Source: Curvularia clavata
Lineage: Eukaryota
Direction: 5' to 3'
Assembly (NCBI GenBank): GCA_023920165.1
Contig: CP089279.1
Span: 2,604,001 to 2,668,000 of the forward strand
Length of the DNA stretch: 64,000 nt
Shown: one piece after another, positions 49,021-62,079 of the stretch
How positions within the stretch are numbered: the stretch's first letter is position 1
Layout of the letters: each line of letters starts with the position of its first letter
Position numbers and translations under genes: made by a program
Notes under the pieces: model-generated
Told to the model about the DNA's origin: nothing
Database searches by the model: none
The model's input: only the letters and a program-made list of their open reading frames with translations

Positions 49021-49995
49021 ATGCCTACCAGCCGTCGAACCGCATTTGATGACTACATCGAGCCTCCTCGTCAGAGCAGTAGGACTAGCCGGACTTCCTC
49101 CCCTCGCAGCAATGCCCTTTTTGGAGAAGAAGTGCCCCGTAGGCGGCACGTCCCAGCATCCCCATCATCGCCACCCCCTAGTTTTTACGAAAGCGATGAG
49201 CCGGAGCCTCGTTACTCTAGTCGCACGTACACTACCGAAGAGCGTTTCCCATTCTCTTCCCGTTCCGCGACCTATAGGCGCACTGTTACTGACCTGGGCA
49301 ATGGCCGGTTACGTGTGAGTGAGTATCTTACAGAGGAGCGAGTTCCTGATAGCCACACTTCGCACCGCCGGGCACCGCGGGCAGAGTCCTCTCGCACCTA
49401 CCGCTATGCTGAACCTGATCCCTACCGCTACGATGCGCCTGAAGAATATAGTTACGCTGAGGCAGACACCTACGAGTATGCTGAGCCTGAGTTTGAGCCT
49501 CGCCGCCGACGAGCAACCTGTGGAACTACTGGTGGTTCTTCACGCCAGTCATACTATACTGAAGAGCGCCGACCTGGTGCTGATTTCTATGATGTTCCAC
49601 CAGAGTATACTTCGTCTCGTTCCCACCGTGCGCATGCCTCTTCTTCTCATATTCCCCGCACTCCTCCGTTTTCCTCTTCTCGTTCTTCTCGTTCCTCTAA
49701 GCCTTCCGGCTCGTCTAAGCCTTCCGGCTCATCTAAGCGGCCTGGGCCTATTGGTGTCACGCCCACCACTGATCTTTACACTGTGCTTAACGTCTCGCGT
49801 GACGCTACTAGCGCCGACATCAAGAAGGCGTATCGTGCTCTGAGCCTGCGTTGGCATCCTGATCGCCACAGCGGTGAAGATAAGGATGTAGCTACGGAGA
49901 AGATGTCTGAGATTAACCAGGCCAACGATGTTTTGAGCGACAGCGAGAAGCGAGCTTACTATGATTGCCACGGAATTTTGCCTAATGGTATGTAG
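49021..49995 (+). CDS. Protein with disordered Ser/Arg/Tyr-rich N-terminus and C-terminal J-domain
   Basis: DLYTVLNV...IKKAYRALSLRWHPDR...INQANDVLSDSEKRAYYD. Confidence 0.85.
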   Translation: MPTSRRTAFDDYIEPPRQSSRTSRTSSPRSNALFGEEVPRRRHVPASPSSPPPSFYESDEPEPRYSSRTYTTEERFPFSSRSATYRRTVTDLGNGRLRVSEYLTEERVPDSHTSHRRAPRAESSRTYRYAEPDPYRYDAPEEYSYAEADTYEYAEPEFEPRRRRATCGTTGGSSRQSYYTEERRPGADFYDVPPEYTSSRSHRAHASSSHIPRTPPFSSSRSSRSSKPSGSSKPSGSSKRPGPIGVTPTTDLYTVLNVSRDATSADIKKAYRALSLRWHPDRHSGEDKDVATEKMSEINQANDVLSDSEKRAYYDCHGILPNGM

Positions 49996-50746
49996 ATGTG
50001 TGTGGTTGAGACTTTCTCTAAGACGCTCCTTAAGACTTTCCTTTGTTGGTTCTGGTGGTTGGGAGTATGTTTCTTTTGTTACTATGATAGGATGGTCTAA
50101 ACTGGAGACTATAGAAAATAAATAAAGAGTCGTAACATCAAACCATTTCTTCTGCCAAACTTTATATCTAGGCTTTACAATAGGGCCTGGCGTGAAATAA
50201 CACCTTAAGTTGACTTACAAATAGTACCTTGATATCATACTTCTATGCACTCTTTATTAGAATGCGTGCAACACCTCCTGAAATGAACTTGAATACGCCA
50301 AACCAGCTACCAAAATCTTGTCTTACTGCCCAGTCAGATTAATGATGGCGAGGAAGTAGAGAGATAGCAGCCATATTCACCCTTGACAGGAGCTGCGTAA
50401 CCATATATTCTGCGATGTGGGGATAGCGGCTACTGCGGATAGTATGACTGTGGTGGATAGGTTGGTTTCTGTGAGCGATCTGGCTGTTCCGAATACGATG
50501 ATTGTTGTTGTGGTAGGACCGAAAACTGTGTAGGTCCAATTTAATAACACCTGTCAACTTCATATTCTTACTAGAGATTATAGAATTACGCACTCAATTT
50601 TGAAAGTCCAAATTGCATGATCATTTCATCTCAGGATGCGTTCTGGGTCCCAGGGACTGACACTAGTTGGTCTTTGTCATTGTTATAAATACGGTGTACA
50701 AATACATATCATACAGTGTTATTCAACCCTTAGGTGCCCATCGTCC

Positions 50747-51638
50747 TTATGCCATGGGCACAGGCCTCAAGTGACCGTCCTTGTCGTATTTTGCCTTGAA
50801 GAATGTATAGCTCAATGTCACTGTCTCAATGCCCTTCATATTTGGATCCGTCACAAATTCTGGATCAATGTAGAAGAAGACAGGCATATCCACCGTCTCT
50901 CCAGCATTCAACCGCTGCTCCTCAAAGCAGAAGCATTGGATCTTGCTAAAATAAGGGGCCACTTGCCCCGGAGTGACAGAGTAGGTGGCTACACCGATGA
51001 TGTCCTCGGGGGACTTGTTGGTCGCAGTGTAGAAGGCCAAGGCGGTTTCGCCAGGAAGAACGCGTACCTCGCGTTGTTGAGGAACAAATTTCCACGGAAG
51101 CACATCAGAAACAGAGCCATTGAACGTTATGCGAATGCGCGGGTGGTCGGTTACGGGCTTTAGACGTTCGGCGGGGTCGACACTGGAATCGCCGCCATGG
51201 GCAGCCGACTTGATAGGCTGGCCTCCCCATCCAGTTTGTTGGCAAATCTGTAGATGAAGTTCAGAAACCGGTTTACATGCTCAGAGCAAGACTGAAGCAT
51301 ACCATCTTGTACATGGGCACTGAGCCATACGTTATTGCTACAAAGCCCACTATCACACTAAAAACGTAGTTCCTGCTCATGTTCAGCATTTGCGCACTGC
51401 CTGGGTTGCCCCGCGCTTACATGACCGTCCTGTTCTTCATTTTGTATTGTGCATGCATCTGGTCCATCCTCGGTACGGTGCCATGTTGCGTCGACTTCGT
51501 AGTGTTCAAGTATCTTTGCGCATTGAATACGGGATTGCGGGCGCGTGGTATTTTGGCAAGTGAGCGGGAGCATGCGACACATGTCCAAGACCCGAGTGGC
51601 CGCGAGGACAGCTGTCGCAAGGGTGACGTGAAGGACAT
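50747..51638 (-). CDS. COX11: Cytochrome c oxidase copper chaperone
   Basis: YGSVPMYK, CQQTGWGG and KIQCFCFEEQ motifs; introns about 51373-51420 and 51248-51302. Confidence 0.95.
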
Positions 51639-51881
51639 TGTGCGTGCGTGGGTGGAGATGCAGTGGCCATCGAAACCTCAGTAGAGTGATGAACAGTGGA
51701 AGTCCACCGCGGGATTTAGCCGTTTTGGGAACCCGAGAGGACATAATTCTGGCGCAGCTATAATTCTACTCCACATCACTCACATCACACATTCTGTATT
51801 CCAGCTTAGCTCAGCTTCATTCCGTACCCTACTGTTTTGCTGAAAAATACCGAAACCCTTGCTCGACTGACTGCCAACGCC

Positions 51882-52525
51882 ATGGCAGACATTCTCTGCG
51901 GTGTCTGCGCGACGGAGCCAAAGAAGTACAAGTGCCCGACTTGCGCGCTTCCATAGTACGACGCCCGGAGCCTCGTTGCGAAGAAGAAACTGACATAGAA
52001 AGCTGCTCATTGGCTTGTTTTAAAACCCACAAGGCTACCCACCCAGAAGGCGCCACCGCGCCTACTCGAGAAGCCGCTGCGCCAGTCGTCCCCCAGCCAC
52101 CACCACCCGCTCCTGTACCGCGCTACCTAAAGAGCCGCATCGACTTCTCTGTCCTAGCCACCAATCCTAAATACCAAGCCCTTCTCAAAAGTCACCCCAC
52201 GTTACTCTCCTCCCTCCAACGCGTCTACGCCAAGACTATACAGCCAGACCCAGAAGACGAGAGCCGACGGCGCATGCTTGAGAGAAATGCGTCTAGAGGA
52301 CGCGGGAGACGAGGAAGGGGCAGGGGTAGAAGAGGAGGCTGGAACGGAGGTGATAGAGAAGAGCGGTGGACACCCAAGAAGGGCGATAAAGATGCGATGG
52401 CGGAATTGAAGGGAATCCGCGATGGAGAGGGCAATGAGAACGAGAAGGACGCCATGGCCCAGTTTGTGGGACTGGTCGACGAGCTCTTTGGAAAGAAAGA
52501 CGAGACAAGCGGCGTTACGGGATGA
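51882..52525 (+). CDS. HIT1: zf-HIT protein (Hit1-like box C/D snoRNP assembly factor)
   Basis: CGVC...KYKCPTC^...CSLACFKTH after removing intron about 51956-52002. Confidence 0.7.
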
Positions 52526-53311
52526 ACTTTGTTCAAAAAGAGAAGCATAAGACGGGCGTGTGGTTCTATGCCCAACTCGTCAAGTCAAAATCGTTCTTGT
52601 GGGACATACAACATTCGTGAGTTGGCGGTCCGAAAAACTCGAAGTTTCAGACACACGATTCCATGTGTGCCAGTCACGTCGGGCTGGGATAGACGTATGG
52701 GGAGTGTCACCGAGAGAACCTTAACGCCCTATTGTGCGTACCGCTGTCTGGAACCTTACCGAGGATACGAAGGAGTTCGGCGCATCATATATCGGCCAGA
52801 AAGGCATTGCGAGGCGACATAATGTATAGACTCGATCACCGTCGTCTTTTGACACACTGGCCTAACGAGCGCAGGGCTGCCAGCGTACCTACATATCCCA
52901 TGCAATCCTAGCCGCTATACCTATTCGCTCAAGCCTACGGAACAGATCAGCAGAGATGTAGCTGTTCGGGCCAGATTATCCGTAGGACTTCTGGGCAACT
53001 TCTGGGCAACTAACCTGTTGCGCTATAGTACAAACGAATCTATACTGTACCTTTCTAGCTCAGTTGGCCACCTTCTGTACAAGACTAGCTTATGACGAGC
53101 CGGACTTGAGCATTGCATAGTGCTTCTCGGTTTGCAATGCGCCGAGATCAGCTATACAGACAAGATTGCCGTGGCTGATGCGGAGAATCTTGCTTGGGAG
53201 GCCATTAGCCGACGGCTCGACTTAGGCTAGTCATGTATAGCATATAAAGTAGGAAGATGCAACAACTAGCGTTATGTTGCACTGCATGGTCCTTCTATTC
53301 AAGATTCCGCT

Positions 53312-55130
53312 ATGAGGATTGCTAGGGTTTTGCTGACGTTTCTCGCTGCGCACACTAGTGCACGAACGACGAGACGTCCTAACTCAAGTGCTTTGTCTCC
53401 GAGTAGGCCTGTGGATCGCTTTGCACAAAGCTGTTGTTAACCGCAAGATACAGATGCGCAAGACCTGTTCCACTGGTCTATGCACATTCAAGACAACCGC
53501 TACGATGCGTCGTATAATTTTATTCAGTATTCGGACAAAGGAATATGGTCAGTGCGATTCACAGCGTGGTACTTGGCTGGCTTGCTGTACCGTAATGAAG
53601 GGGATGATGTTAAGCACGCGGAAGCATCAATTAGGAACATGTACGTACTGATGTACATTAGGTTGGAAGAACAGAAAGGACTGATACATTAATAAACCAG
53701 ATTGGCTTGTCAGATGACGGCCGATTTTGATGCTCCATGGTATGGGACATTCAAGCTGTCACCAGATCAACCAGATCCTACACCAGATTCTATGTTATAC
53801 CCCCCAAAGATATACGTACGTGTTTTGTAAACAACGCCATTTTCATTGTCCTGACCAAAGAGGATAGACGTCATACGATCCTAATTGGCGTGAGTTCATT
53901 GGATCCCAACTCATTCAAATCGTGGAAGAATTCGAACATCTCCTCCCCGCCACTCTTGTCGCCTCCATTGAAGACTCACTTGAAATAGCCGCGATAGGCG
54001 GTATGAGACGAAACGGGACTTTTCCACAAGACGACAACCTTACTACAGGCTACAGCAATCCCGCCATGATGCGTGCCCTGGTCGTAGGCTGGATTGGGGC
54101 CCGGCGAAATAACAGTACATTTATTGACTTTGCAAACGACCAAGGTACTAAAATCCTTGAGCTATTCCAGCACAACGGCGCAGACACGCTTTCCGAGTAC
54201 AACGCCCCAACCTACTACGGTATTGACATGTGGGCTCTGGGCGCGCAAATCAAGTACGGTCCCAAGAACTCGAGCATGACGACCGCCGCACACTACATAC
54301 TACCTGTATTATGGCAAGATCTCGCAGACCATTTCAACGGGTACTTGGGAAATACCGTGGGACCCTACGACCGCGCATACACAAGAGATGCTACACTGCA
54401 TTCCACCGTCCTCTCTCTCTTCCTCTGGGGTCTCTGGGGCCAAACCACAACACCGCAACCCCCGAAAACCGAAGGCGATCTCCTCTTCGACGTTGCCCAA
54501 GGCGCGTCCATAGCCCTCATCATCGACACCATCGCGCCCTTGATCCCCACCAATGTACCCCAAGCATTCCTCCCTTCGTCCCCTTCCCTCTCGGAGCCGC
54601 GCCTCCTGACGAAATCCATCTACGACGATATATCGCACGCGCCGCGCATCGCCACGAGCTGGATTAGCAAACATCTCATGATCGGGGGCATGTCGCTCAA
54701 CGAGACAAAAAACAGAGGCGATCAATTTGTCCCCGCAATCGTGCACTGGGCTGGCGATCAACGTCGGAAACCTCACCCGCTGAATACTTTCTTCTCGCTG
54801 TATCCGTCCGCTAGCGCCATTCACGCTGTTGTGTCCCCGAATCACATGTCGATCAGCTATCCCAATCGCACACAGCAAGGCGCTGATATCTTTACTTTTG
54901 CGGTGTCGAATGTGCCGCCGAGTTGGATGTTGGGGACAGGAAGGCGTATTGAAGGGTTGGAAGACTTGCCGTGTGTGGCGATCAGTGTTGAGGCTGAGGG
55001 CTTGCAGAAACAGAACGTGACGTATGGTGAGGCTTTGAGAAATCACTTGTTTTATAACATTTCGTATGTGGTACCGGAGGAGTTTAAGGGAGTGCCGAGG
55101 ATAGAGTTGGATATTAGGTATACGTGTTAG
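53312..55130 (+). CDS. Conserved secreted hypothetical protein, multi-exon
   Basis: Signal peptide MRIARVLLTFLAAHTSA. Spliced exons give WSVRFTAWY, YDPNWREF, YSNPA, LSEYNAPTYYG and GPYDRAY. Confidence 0.75.
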
Positions 55131-55201
55131 ATCTTTTTTTTGGCTGGAGCAAGTAAGGAGCAGAAATATGTCGTTGACAAAGAGTCACTCATAATCCCTG
55201 C

Positions 55202-57103
55202 CTACATTCCCAAAACACCCTTGAGTCCTCGGACCTTGCCTCTGAGATTTCCATAGCCCAGCCATACGATGCCCTGCGCCATGTTCCATGCTTTGAGTCC
55301 TGCACCCTCGCCCTGCAGTGGGATGTCCATGGGCGGTGGGATTCCTGTCTTGATACCTGCCCATGCCCACCGATCCCGAGTAATACTCTTCTGATTACAC
55401 AAACTCCTCAACCCTTCTTTGCCTGCAAAACGGCCATATCCGCTGCCCTTAGTGCCGCCGAACGGCATTTGCACCATGTAGTAGACGGCAAAGTCGTTTA
55501 CAGCTACCATGCCAGCATGCAGGGAGCGCACAACAAGCTCCAGATCGCGAGTGGAAGAGCCAAATACTGAAGATCCCAGGGCGTATGTGGTGCTGTTTGC
55601 AATTGAGATAGCGTCGTTGACGGATTCAGCCCGCATGAGTAGGAAGACAGGTGCGAAGAGCTCAGTCTGAGCAATCTTCATGCTAGGTGTGATGTCAACT
55701 ATGAAGGTGGGTGTGAAGTAATGACCTTTAGGGAAGTCGGGATGATTGTATCGCTTTCCGCCTGCTAGAACACGAGCACCGTTGTTGACAGCGTCTTGGA
55801 TAAGATCTTCGAGCTTCGAGTAACCTGCGTCGGAAATGGAGGCGCCGATATCGATGGGAACATCAGAGGGGCTATTCAGTATGGAGCCAGGACGGAGAGC
55901 GCGAATCTTTGGTGTGAGGTACTCGATGAGACGGTCGTAGACTTTTGGAAGTGCAATGACACGCTCGATTCCGATACAGTTTTGGCCTGCAGACTGGAAG
56001 GTGCCGCGCATCAGGATGCTGGCAATGCGCTTGAAGTCGCTGTTTGATATATCGTCAAGCACTATGGCTGGGTCTTTTCCTCCGAGCTCCACGCATACTG
56101 GTGTCAGTGCCTTTGCAGCCGAGGCGCAGACATGGTGGGCTACGGGACGTGAGCCAATGAAGGTTATGTGCGAGATGGACGGATGCGAAGTGAGATAGTC
56201 GGCGACGTCAGGCCAGCAGACCACTGATTGTACGATATCAGGCGAGTGGCCGCATGCTTCGAGAGCGCGGGTAGCGATTGACGCAAAGTACGACGACGAC
56301 CAGGCGGTAGCTTCGGAGCCTTTGACTATGATGGCGTTCCCGGCGAAGATGGAGGCTATTACAGGGCTGATGAGATTGTGGAAAGGGTAGCTAAAACAGG
56401 TCAGCCAGAGTCATTCTTGGTTCGCGGCCATGCAATACTCACTTCCAGCTCACACAGGCCGCCACTACACCCAATGGCTCCCAGACAACCTCGTTCCACT
56501 TGTACATCATGAGGAGGTTTGTGTCTCTCCTCTCGGCCTTCAGGCTCTTCTCTCCGTGCTTGATTGTCCACCTCAGCTTCTCTACCGTGACGAGTATCTC
56601 ACCCAAACTTGCATCCACCATGGTTTTGCCCGAGTCCAAGCACGCAACTCGTGCAATTGCCTCTTGATTTTCGAGGATGAACTTGAGCATGGTACGCAGA
56701 ACCTTTCGACGCTGTAGGAAGCTTGTTTGGGCCCATTTCACCTGAGCAGCTTTGGCTTTGGCGATTGCGCGATCGATACCGTCTGGAGTGGAGGGGTTGA
56801 TGCGCCCGAGGGCTTCACCAGTCGCGGGAGCGTAGCATTGGATCAATGCAGAGCCAGATACCTGTATCATGTCAATTGATTTGCTTGAGTCTCAGATAGT
56901 AGCCGTACCTTCAATCCAGGCTCCTGGAGTACTTCGCCCTTCCATCCTTTCTCAGCTTCCTTGGGCGTTTCTATCGTGTACGGGACCGGCTCTTCAGGGT
57001 CGGCACGGCATGTGAGCCAGATAAAAGAAAGGGCAGCTATCCAGAGCGTGCCGTACAAAACAACGTTGAAATCATTTTCACTATGTGTGGTAATTCGGTC
57101 CAT
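55202..57103 (-). CDS. MSC7: Aldehyde dehydrogenase with N-terminal TM segment (Msc7/ALDH22-like)
   Basis: IQCYAPATG, VSWNYPFHN, FIGS, VELGGKD, catalytic GQNCIG, ELFAP and PFGG motifs. Confidence 0.85.
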
Positions 57104-57368
57104 GGCGGAATACTGGCGCGCATGCGGCCAGTTGTCGCGTGTGTCGCTTTAGGGAAATGCAACGCTGGACCCTGACCTGACACGAAGGTCGAATCGGAAA
57201 TGGCGCTAAAACGCGTGGTCATCTGCAAGCGAGTTCAAGACATGAACTTCACACGTGGTCGGTGTCAGACACTTGGGGTCACTAGGTGCATATTCAGAGG
57301 TATCATTTGATCATCATTATGTGTCTGCTATACATTTTCCTCCCATCGTTCCTCCGCCGGCCCTGCAC

Positions 57369-58451
57369 TTAGCGTGCGTTGTTCTTGGGCGCCTCTAGGG
57401 GTGGTCCGGTAGGCGTAGTGTAGCACTTGGTCATACCACCATCAATGACAAAGTCGGTTCCGTTGACAAAGCTGGCCTCGTCGCTGGCAAGAAATAGAAC
57501 ACCCTGGGCCTGCTCAACAGCCTCACCAAAACGGCCTGTAGGGAAGTGAACTTCGCGGCGGTGGCGCTTCTCCTTGTCATCGCCGAGCCAGTCCTGAAGG
57601 AGAGGTGTGCTGTGGTCGTTAGCTTTGTATAGGTCAAATCCCACGCTATCGAAAAGCTTACTTTAGCGGTGCCGGGCACAGCGAGTTGAATCTGAAGCCC
57701 TCACGTGCGTGAACCATGGCCAACTCCCTTGTCATGGCCAGAACAGCGCCCTTGCTTGCGGTGTATGCAAGCTGTGGTGTGGCGCTACCAACCAATGCAA
57801 CCACACTGGCGGTGTTGATGACGCTCGTCTTCTTCTTTCCGTGCTTCCTGAAGCTGTTGACTGCGTGTTTGCAGCCGAACCAAACACCCTTGACGTTGAT
57901 GGCCTGTGTCAAGTCCCAGATCTTCTCGGGCGTGTTGACGGCATCGTCGTCGTTGGCATGCATGATGCCTGCATTGTTGAATAGGACATCTACACCACCC
58001 CAGGAATCCACGTGTTCAATCATAGCCTGAACATCGGCTTCCTTGGATACATCGGTAACCTTGGTTTCAACCTTCTTGGCCTCTGGAACCACCTCTTTCA
58101 GCTTGGCAGCAGCCTTCTCCAAGGCTGGGCCAGAAATATCAGAGAGAAGGACATTGGCACCTTCCCGAGCAAAGAGAATGCCGGTCTCAAGACCGATTCC
58201 ACTATACATTGTTAGTAAGCGATTGTAGGTGCAGGAGGGCTGTAGGTGCCATGACAATCAACCAACATGCCGACAACGAATGCAGCTTCAAACTTGAAGG
58301 AAATCAAGTAGAGCAGCTTTCGCCATGTTGGCACTGTCAAACCGACATAGTTTTTCAAGATGCTTGGTGGATGTATGATGTTATAGAGAGAGATCCGTGC
58401 TTACCCAGCTCCTCCGGTAATGATACAGTTCTTGTTCTCTAGACGGCCCAT
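57369..58451 (-). CDS. Short-chain dehydrogenase/reductase
   Basis: ITGGAG^GIG, NNAG, YTASK and DGG motifs; introns 58202-58404 and about 57610-57661. Confidence 0.92.
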
Positions 58452-58815
58452 GTTGAATATCTGGTCTTGAAGTTGCTTCTGGTACAGGTGGAGTAAAGAA
58501 ACTGCAATGGTGTCAAACGTTGCTGTGGGCAAGGCAAAGTTTTGTGTCAAGCCATGGAAATATGACTAATATAAACTAGACAGAAGCGTCATGAGGGCAG
58601 GAGGCTGGGCCGTAGACAGGGAAGGTATGCCAAATAGGTAGCAATATGGACAAGGACTCCACACTTACCGTTGAGTCGGCTGTCCGAGTGTGTGCTGGCG
58701 TATGGAAACGTGGACGGCTTCAGAAAGGCAAAGGAGGGGAGATGGCGGACGGGTAATCACGGGCAGCGAACCGATCATTCAGACGGTCATGGCTCCGCAA
58801 ATCGGCCCATTGCAT

Positions 58816-59237
58816 TGATAGACGACGATAAGGTCACCGAGATCGCGTTTGGTGCTGTCATACTTGGGCGGGTTGCAATAAAGCGGTGGATTGGTTCACG
58901 ATAGCAGCCGTGCTTGAATGGCTGTCGCATGGTGCACCCATGCTACCAACGGCGATTCTACGAAGTGCGTGATACTACAGTGAGCCGTACCCCGCCATTC
59001 CGTTGCTCTCTGTGGTAAGTCTGGCGGCTGGCGGCTCATCACGGAATTTTTGCATAGGGGTTATCTTGTCGCGTTGGATAGGGTTGCATAGGGCGGCCGC
59101 ATGAGAGGATGGCAGATAGCAGGTGGGCGAGAAATGTAATATATAGGCTGTACGCGCCTGCATGTCGAATCCTATGATGTCGCTTCGTGCATACCAGCCC
59201 GCGTTCCCGTCACCCCTCATTGGCCCGAGCTCTATCG
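58816..59237. promoter_or_regulatory. Cluster of six HGATAR sites in the divergent SDR / GS-like promoter (candidate AreA sites)
   Basis: TGATAG 58816, CGATAA 58826, CGATAG 58899, TTATCT 59061, AGATAG 59114 and CTATCG 59232. Confidence 0.45.
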
Positions 59238-59381
59238 CATCCAGACTGCCTTTGGCTGCGTCTCCTCCACAGTCGCGTGTCTGCTTGAAAACCTGATTGC
59301 GCCGAAGAAAGCATTTTCTTTTGCTGGTCATTCTCCAGCCTTCTTGTCTTCATCAGCACACCCTAATCGCCCCTGCCCATC

Positions 59382-60971
59382 ATGCCCGCCGAGTTCGACC
59401 CCTCCACTCTGACGGCCGAGCAGCTGCCGGAGCTTCTCAAAGATGACCTGTCAGTCAAGGTTGCAGGCATCGACGTCGACGGCATACTGCGCGGAAAGCT
59501 CATGGCCAAGAAGAAGTTCCTCAGCATTGCCAACGAAGGCTTCGGCTTCTGCAGTGTCATTTTCGGCTGGGATATGCACGACCAGACATACTTCAAAGAG
59601 CTGGCCATATCGAACAAGGAGAATGGCTACCGCGACTTGATCGCCATACCAGATCTCTCTTCTTTCCGAAGGATACCATGGGAGGACAATGTGCCCTTCT
59701 TCCTTGTCAGCTTTCACGATCCCGACACCAAAGGCACTCTGAGCGCATGCCCAAGAAGCCTATTGAAACGAGCCGTAGACAAGCTCAAGGAGAACGGTTA
59801 CGGCGCTATGGCTGGAGGTGAGTCGAGCGTTTGTGAGAGATCGGATACTGCGCGTCGTCAATGAAGCTGATGTGTGTTTCCCAAGCCGAGTACGAGTTCT
59901 ACCAGTTCCGCGCACCCCAGACTCACGACGGATCGGAGAAGAACACTTCGAGCACAGCGTCCTTTTTGCGCGAAAACCCAGTTACTGCTCTGCCCAGTCT
60001 AACAGAAGGCATGTTTGGATACAGCATTACGCGACCGGTCCACAACCAGGAGTACTACTATAGTATCTTCAACACATGCGCCCAGTTTGGCTGTGGTATT
60101 GAAGGATGGCACACCGAGTCTGGTCCAGGAGTCTTTGAGGCTGTAAGTCGTCCATGCTGCACCACGCCATAGGAACTTTAGGACTGACATGTTACAGGCC
60201 CTCGAGTTTGGTGAAATCCAGCAAATGGCTGATAAGGCTTCGCTCTTCAAGCTCGTTGTCAAATCGCTCGGATCCAAGTACGGCATAACACCATGCTTCA
60301 TGGCGAAACCGCGCGAAGGTCTCCCAGGTAACAGTGGGCATATGCATGTGTCGATTGTCGACAAAGAGGGAAAGAACTTGTTCTACCGCGGCGAAGAGGA
60401 CAAGAACGCGCCTTACTCAGATATCCGGTACCTTTCGGATCTGGGTCGACATTTCCTTGCCGGCCTCATCGACGGTCTCCCAGACATTATGCCTATTCTG
60501 GCACCCAACGTGAACAGCTACAAGAGGTTAGTAGAAAACTTCTGGGCGCCCGTCACCGTATCATGGGGCCTAGAGCACCGCGCTGCCTCTATCCGCCTCA
60601 TCTCTCCCCCTACTTCTTCGCCCAAAGCCACTCGTTTCGAAGTGCGCGTCCCTGGCGCAGACACAAACCCTCACTTTGTGCTCGCCGCTATCCTGGCACT
60701 TGGATGGCGGGGCATCGAGAAGAAGATGGAAATCGCCATACCACCTCTCGGCAAGGGCGAGGATGTTGGCAGCGAAGCCGACAAAGGCGAACGGCTGGCG
60801 AAGAGCTTGAAGGAAGCAACAGAGCGCTTCATGCGCAAGGAAAGCGTCGCGAGAGAAGTGTTTGGAGATCAATTTGTCGACCACTTTGGCGGCACAAGGC
60901 AGCATGAGATTAGACTTTGGGACGAGGCAGTTACGGATTGGGAAGTTCGAAGATATATCGAGACGGTGTAA
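59382..60971 (+). CDS. Glutamine synthetase-like gamma-glutamyl-amine ligase (GlnA4/PuuA-like, bacterial GSI-type)
   Basis: DVDGILRGK, EYEF, HTESGPGVFE, FMAKP...GNSGHMHVS, NSYKRL and RFEVRVPGADTNP motifs; introns 59818-59885 and 60143-60198. Confidence 0.88.
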
Positions 60972-61542
60972 GAGATTTAGAAAAGAGAAGAATTTGTCTA
61001 GGGCGAAGCACAGTGTCTTCGTTTGAATTATTAGATTCTTGAGATACCACAATGACATTAGTTGTCTTGCTGTGTAGTCTTTGTTTTGAACTTTAGATTG
61101 GTGCCACGAAGCACTAGAAGTTCTTGTTTCTCTCTTACAACTGATAGTTGCGTTATTCCTCAATATTGATACGAGACGATAGTGCGGCAAGTGTTGCGCA
61201 ACGTGAAGTAGCCACACAGTCGATGGCTGTGTCATCTTGTACTGTTGCTTGCTCCCAAGACTTGATCGGCTACGCACCATCCTTTTGCGCACTCTTTAGG
61301 CTGGATCTTTGCTCACCAGGACATGTTCAAATGCCCAGTGATCTTGAAGTGCTGGTCGTCGGACACAACCCTACGTCCGTCTGTATGAGTAAAGAACAGT
61401 GTCGCACTTCATTTGAGACGCCTGTTGACCAAAGCGGCTGTTTGTAGGCCTAGTTCATCGTACCAGGCCAAAATCTCATCCAGGACAAAGTTGTGGAAAG
61501 AATATGTTGAACCATCTTCACACTATACTCAGCCGGCGTAGA

Positions 61543-62079
61543 TCACTCCGTCCCTGTATGAGGCGTGGCATCCGAGCCCTTTCCTTCCTCTTCAACCTTC
61601 GTGGGCGTCTCCCCCATTACCCCCAGCACTCTTTTCCTCTCCTTTTTCTTCTCTCTCGGCGCCGCACCCACCGGAAACCTCTTCTTGCCACCGCAAACCC
61701 CACACGTGACGACCAACACGTCTGCCCACGGTTTGCTGCCGCCTTTACTAGGATTTTCGATGGCGTGCGTTGCAGTGCGTCCCGGGACAAGAATCGTGTT
61801 GCAGCTTTTGCACAGGGAGCGCTTTAGGTCGATGGCGAGGCGCAGCTGACCTTTGCGAGAGACTTGCTGTAGGTCGGATCCTAGGGCGAGCGCGATGGAG
61901 GATCGCGAGTGAGAGTTGGGTGGTGCATTCGACTCAGGTTGGTTGTCTTGAGTTGTGACTGAGTAAGGTGGTGTAGTTTGTAAGGTCAGGTATGTGGCAG
62001 CCTGGTAGAGAAAGGAAGAGCGCGCGTGCAAATGCTTGTTCGGAATGCCCTTGGTTTTGGGGGCTTTGACTTTGCTCAT
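61543..62079 (-). CDS. RPR2: RNase P/MRP subunit of the Rpr2/Rpp21/SNM1 family
   Basis: HLHARSSFLYQAA, KRSLCKSC...LVPG and VTCGVCG...RFP motifs. Confidence 0.85.
   Translation of the reverse strand: MSKVKAPKTKGIPNKHLHARSSFLYQAATYLTLQTTPPYSVTTQDNQPESNAPPNSHSRSSIALALGSDLQQVSRKGQLRLAIDLKRSLCKSCNTILVPGRTATHAIENPSKGGSKPWADVLVVTCGVCGGKKRFPVGAAPREKKKERKRVLGVMGETPTKVEEEGKGSDATPHTGTE

Noticed and set aside
52989..53011. Short tandem duplication of an 11-bp unit (TTCTGGGCAAC x2)
   Set aside because: Only two copies, consistent with simple slippage; not an array.
54309..55046. Long antisense ORFs (also 60570-61292 and 63044-63751)
   Set aside because: Shadows of codon-biased genes on the opposite strand.
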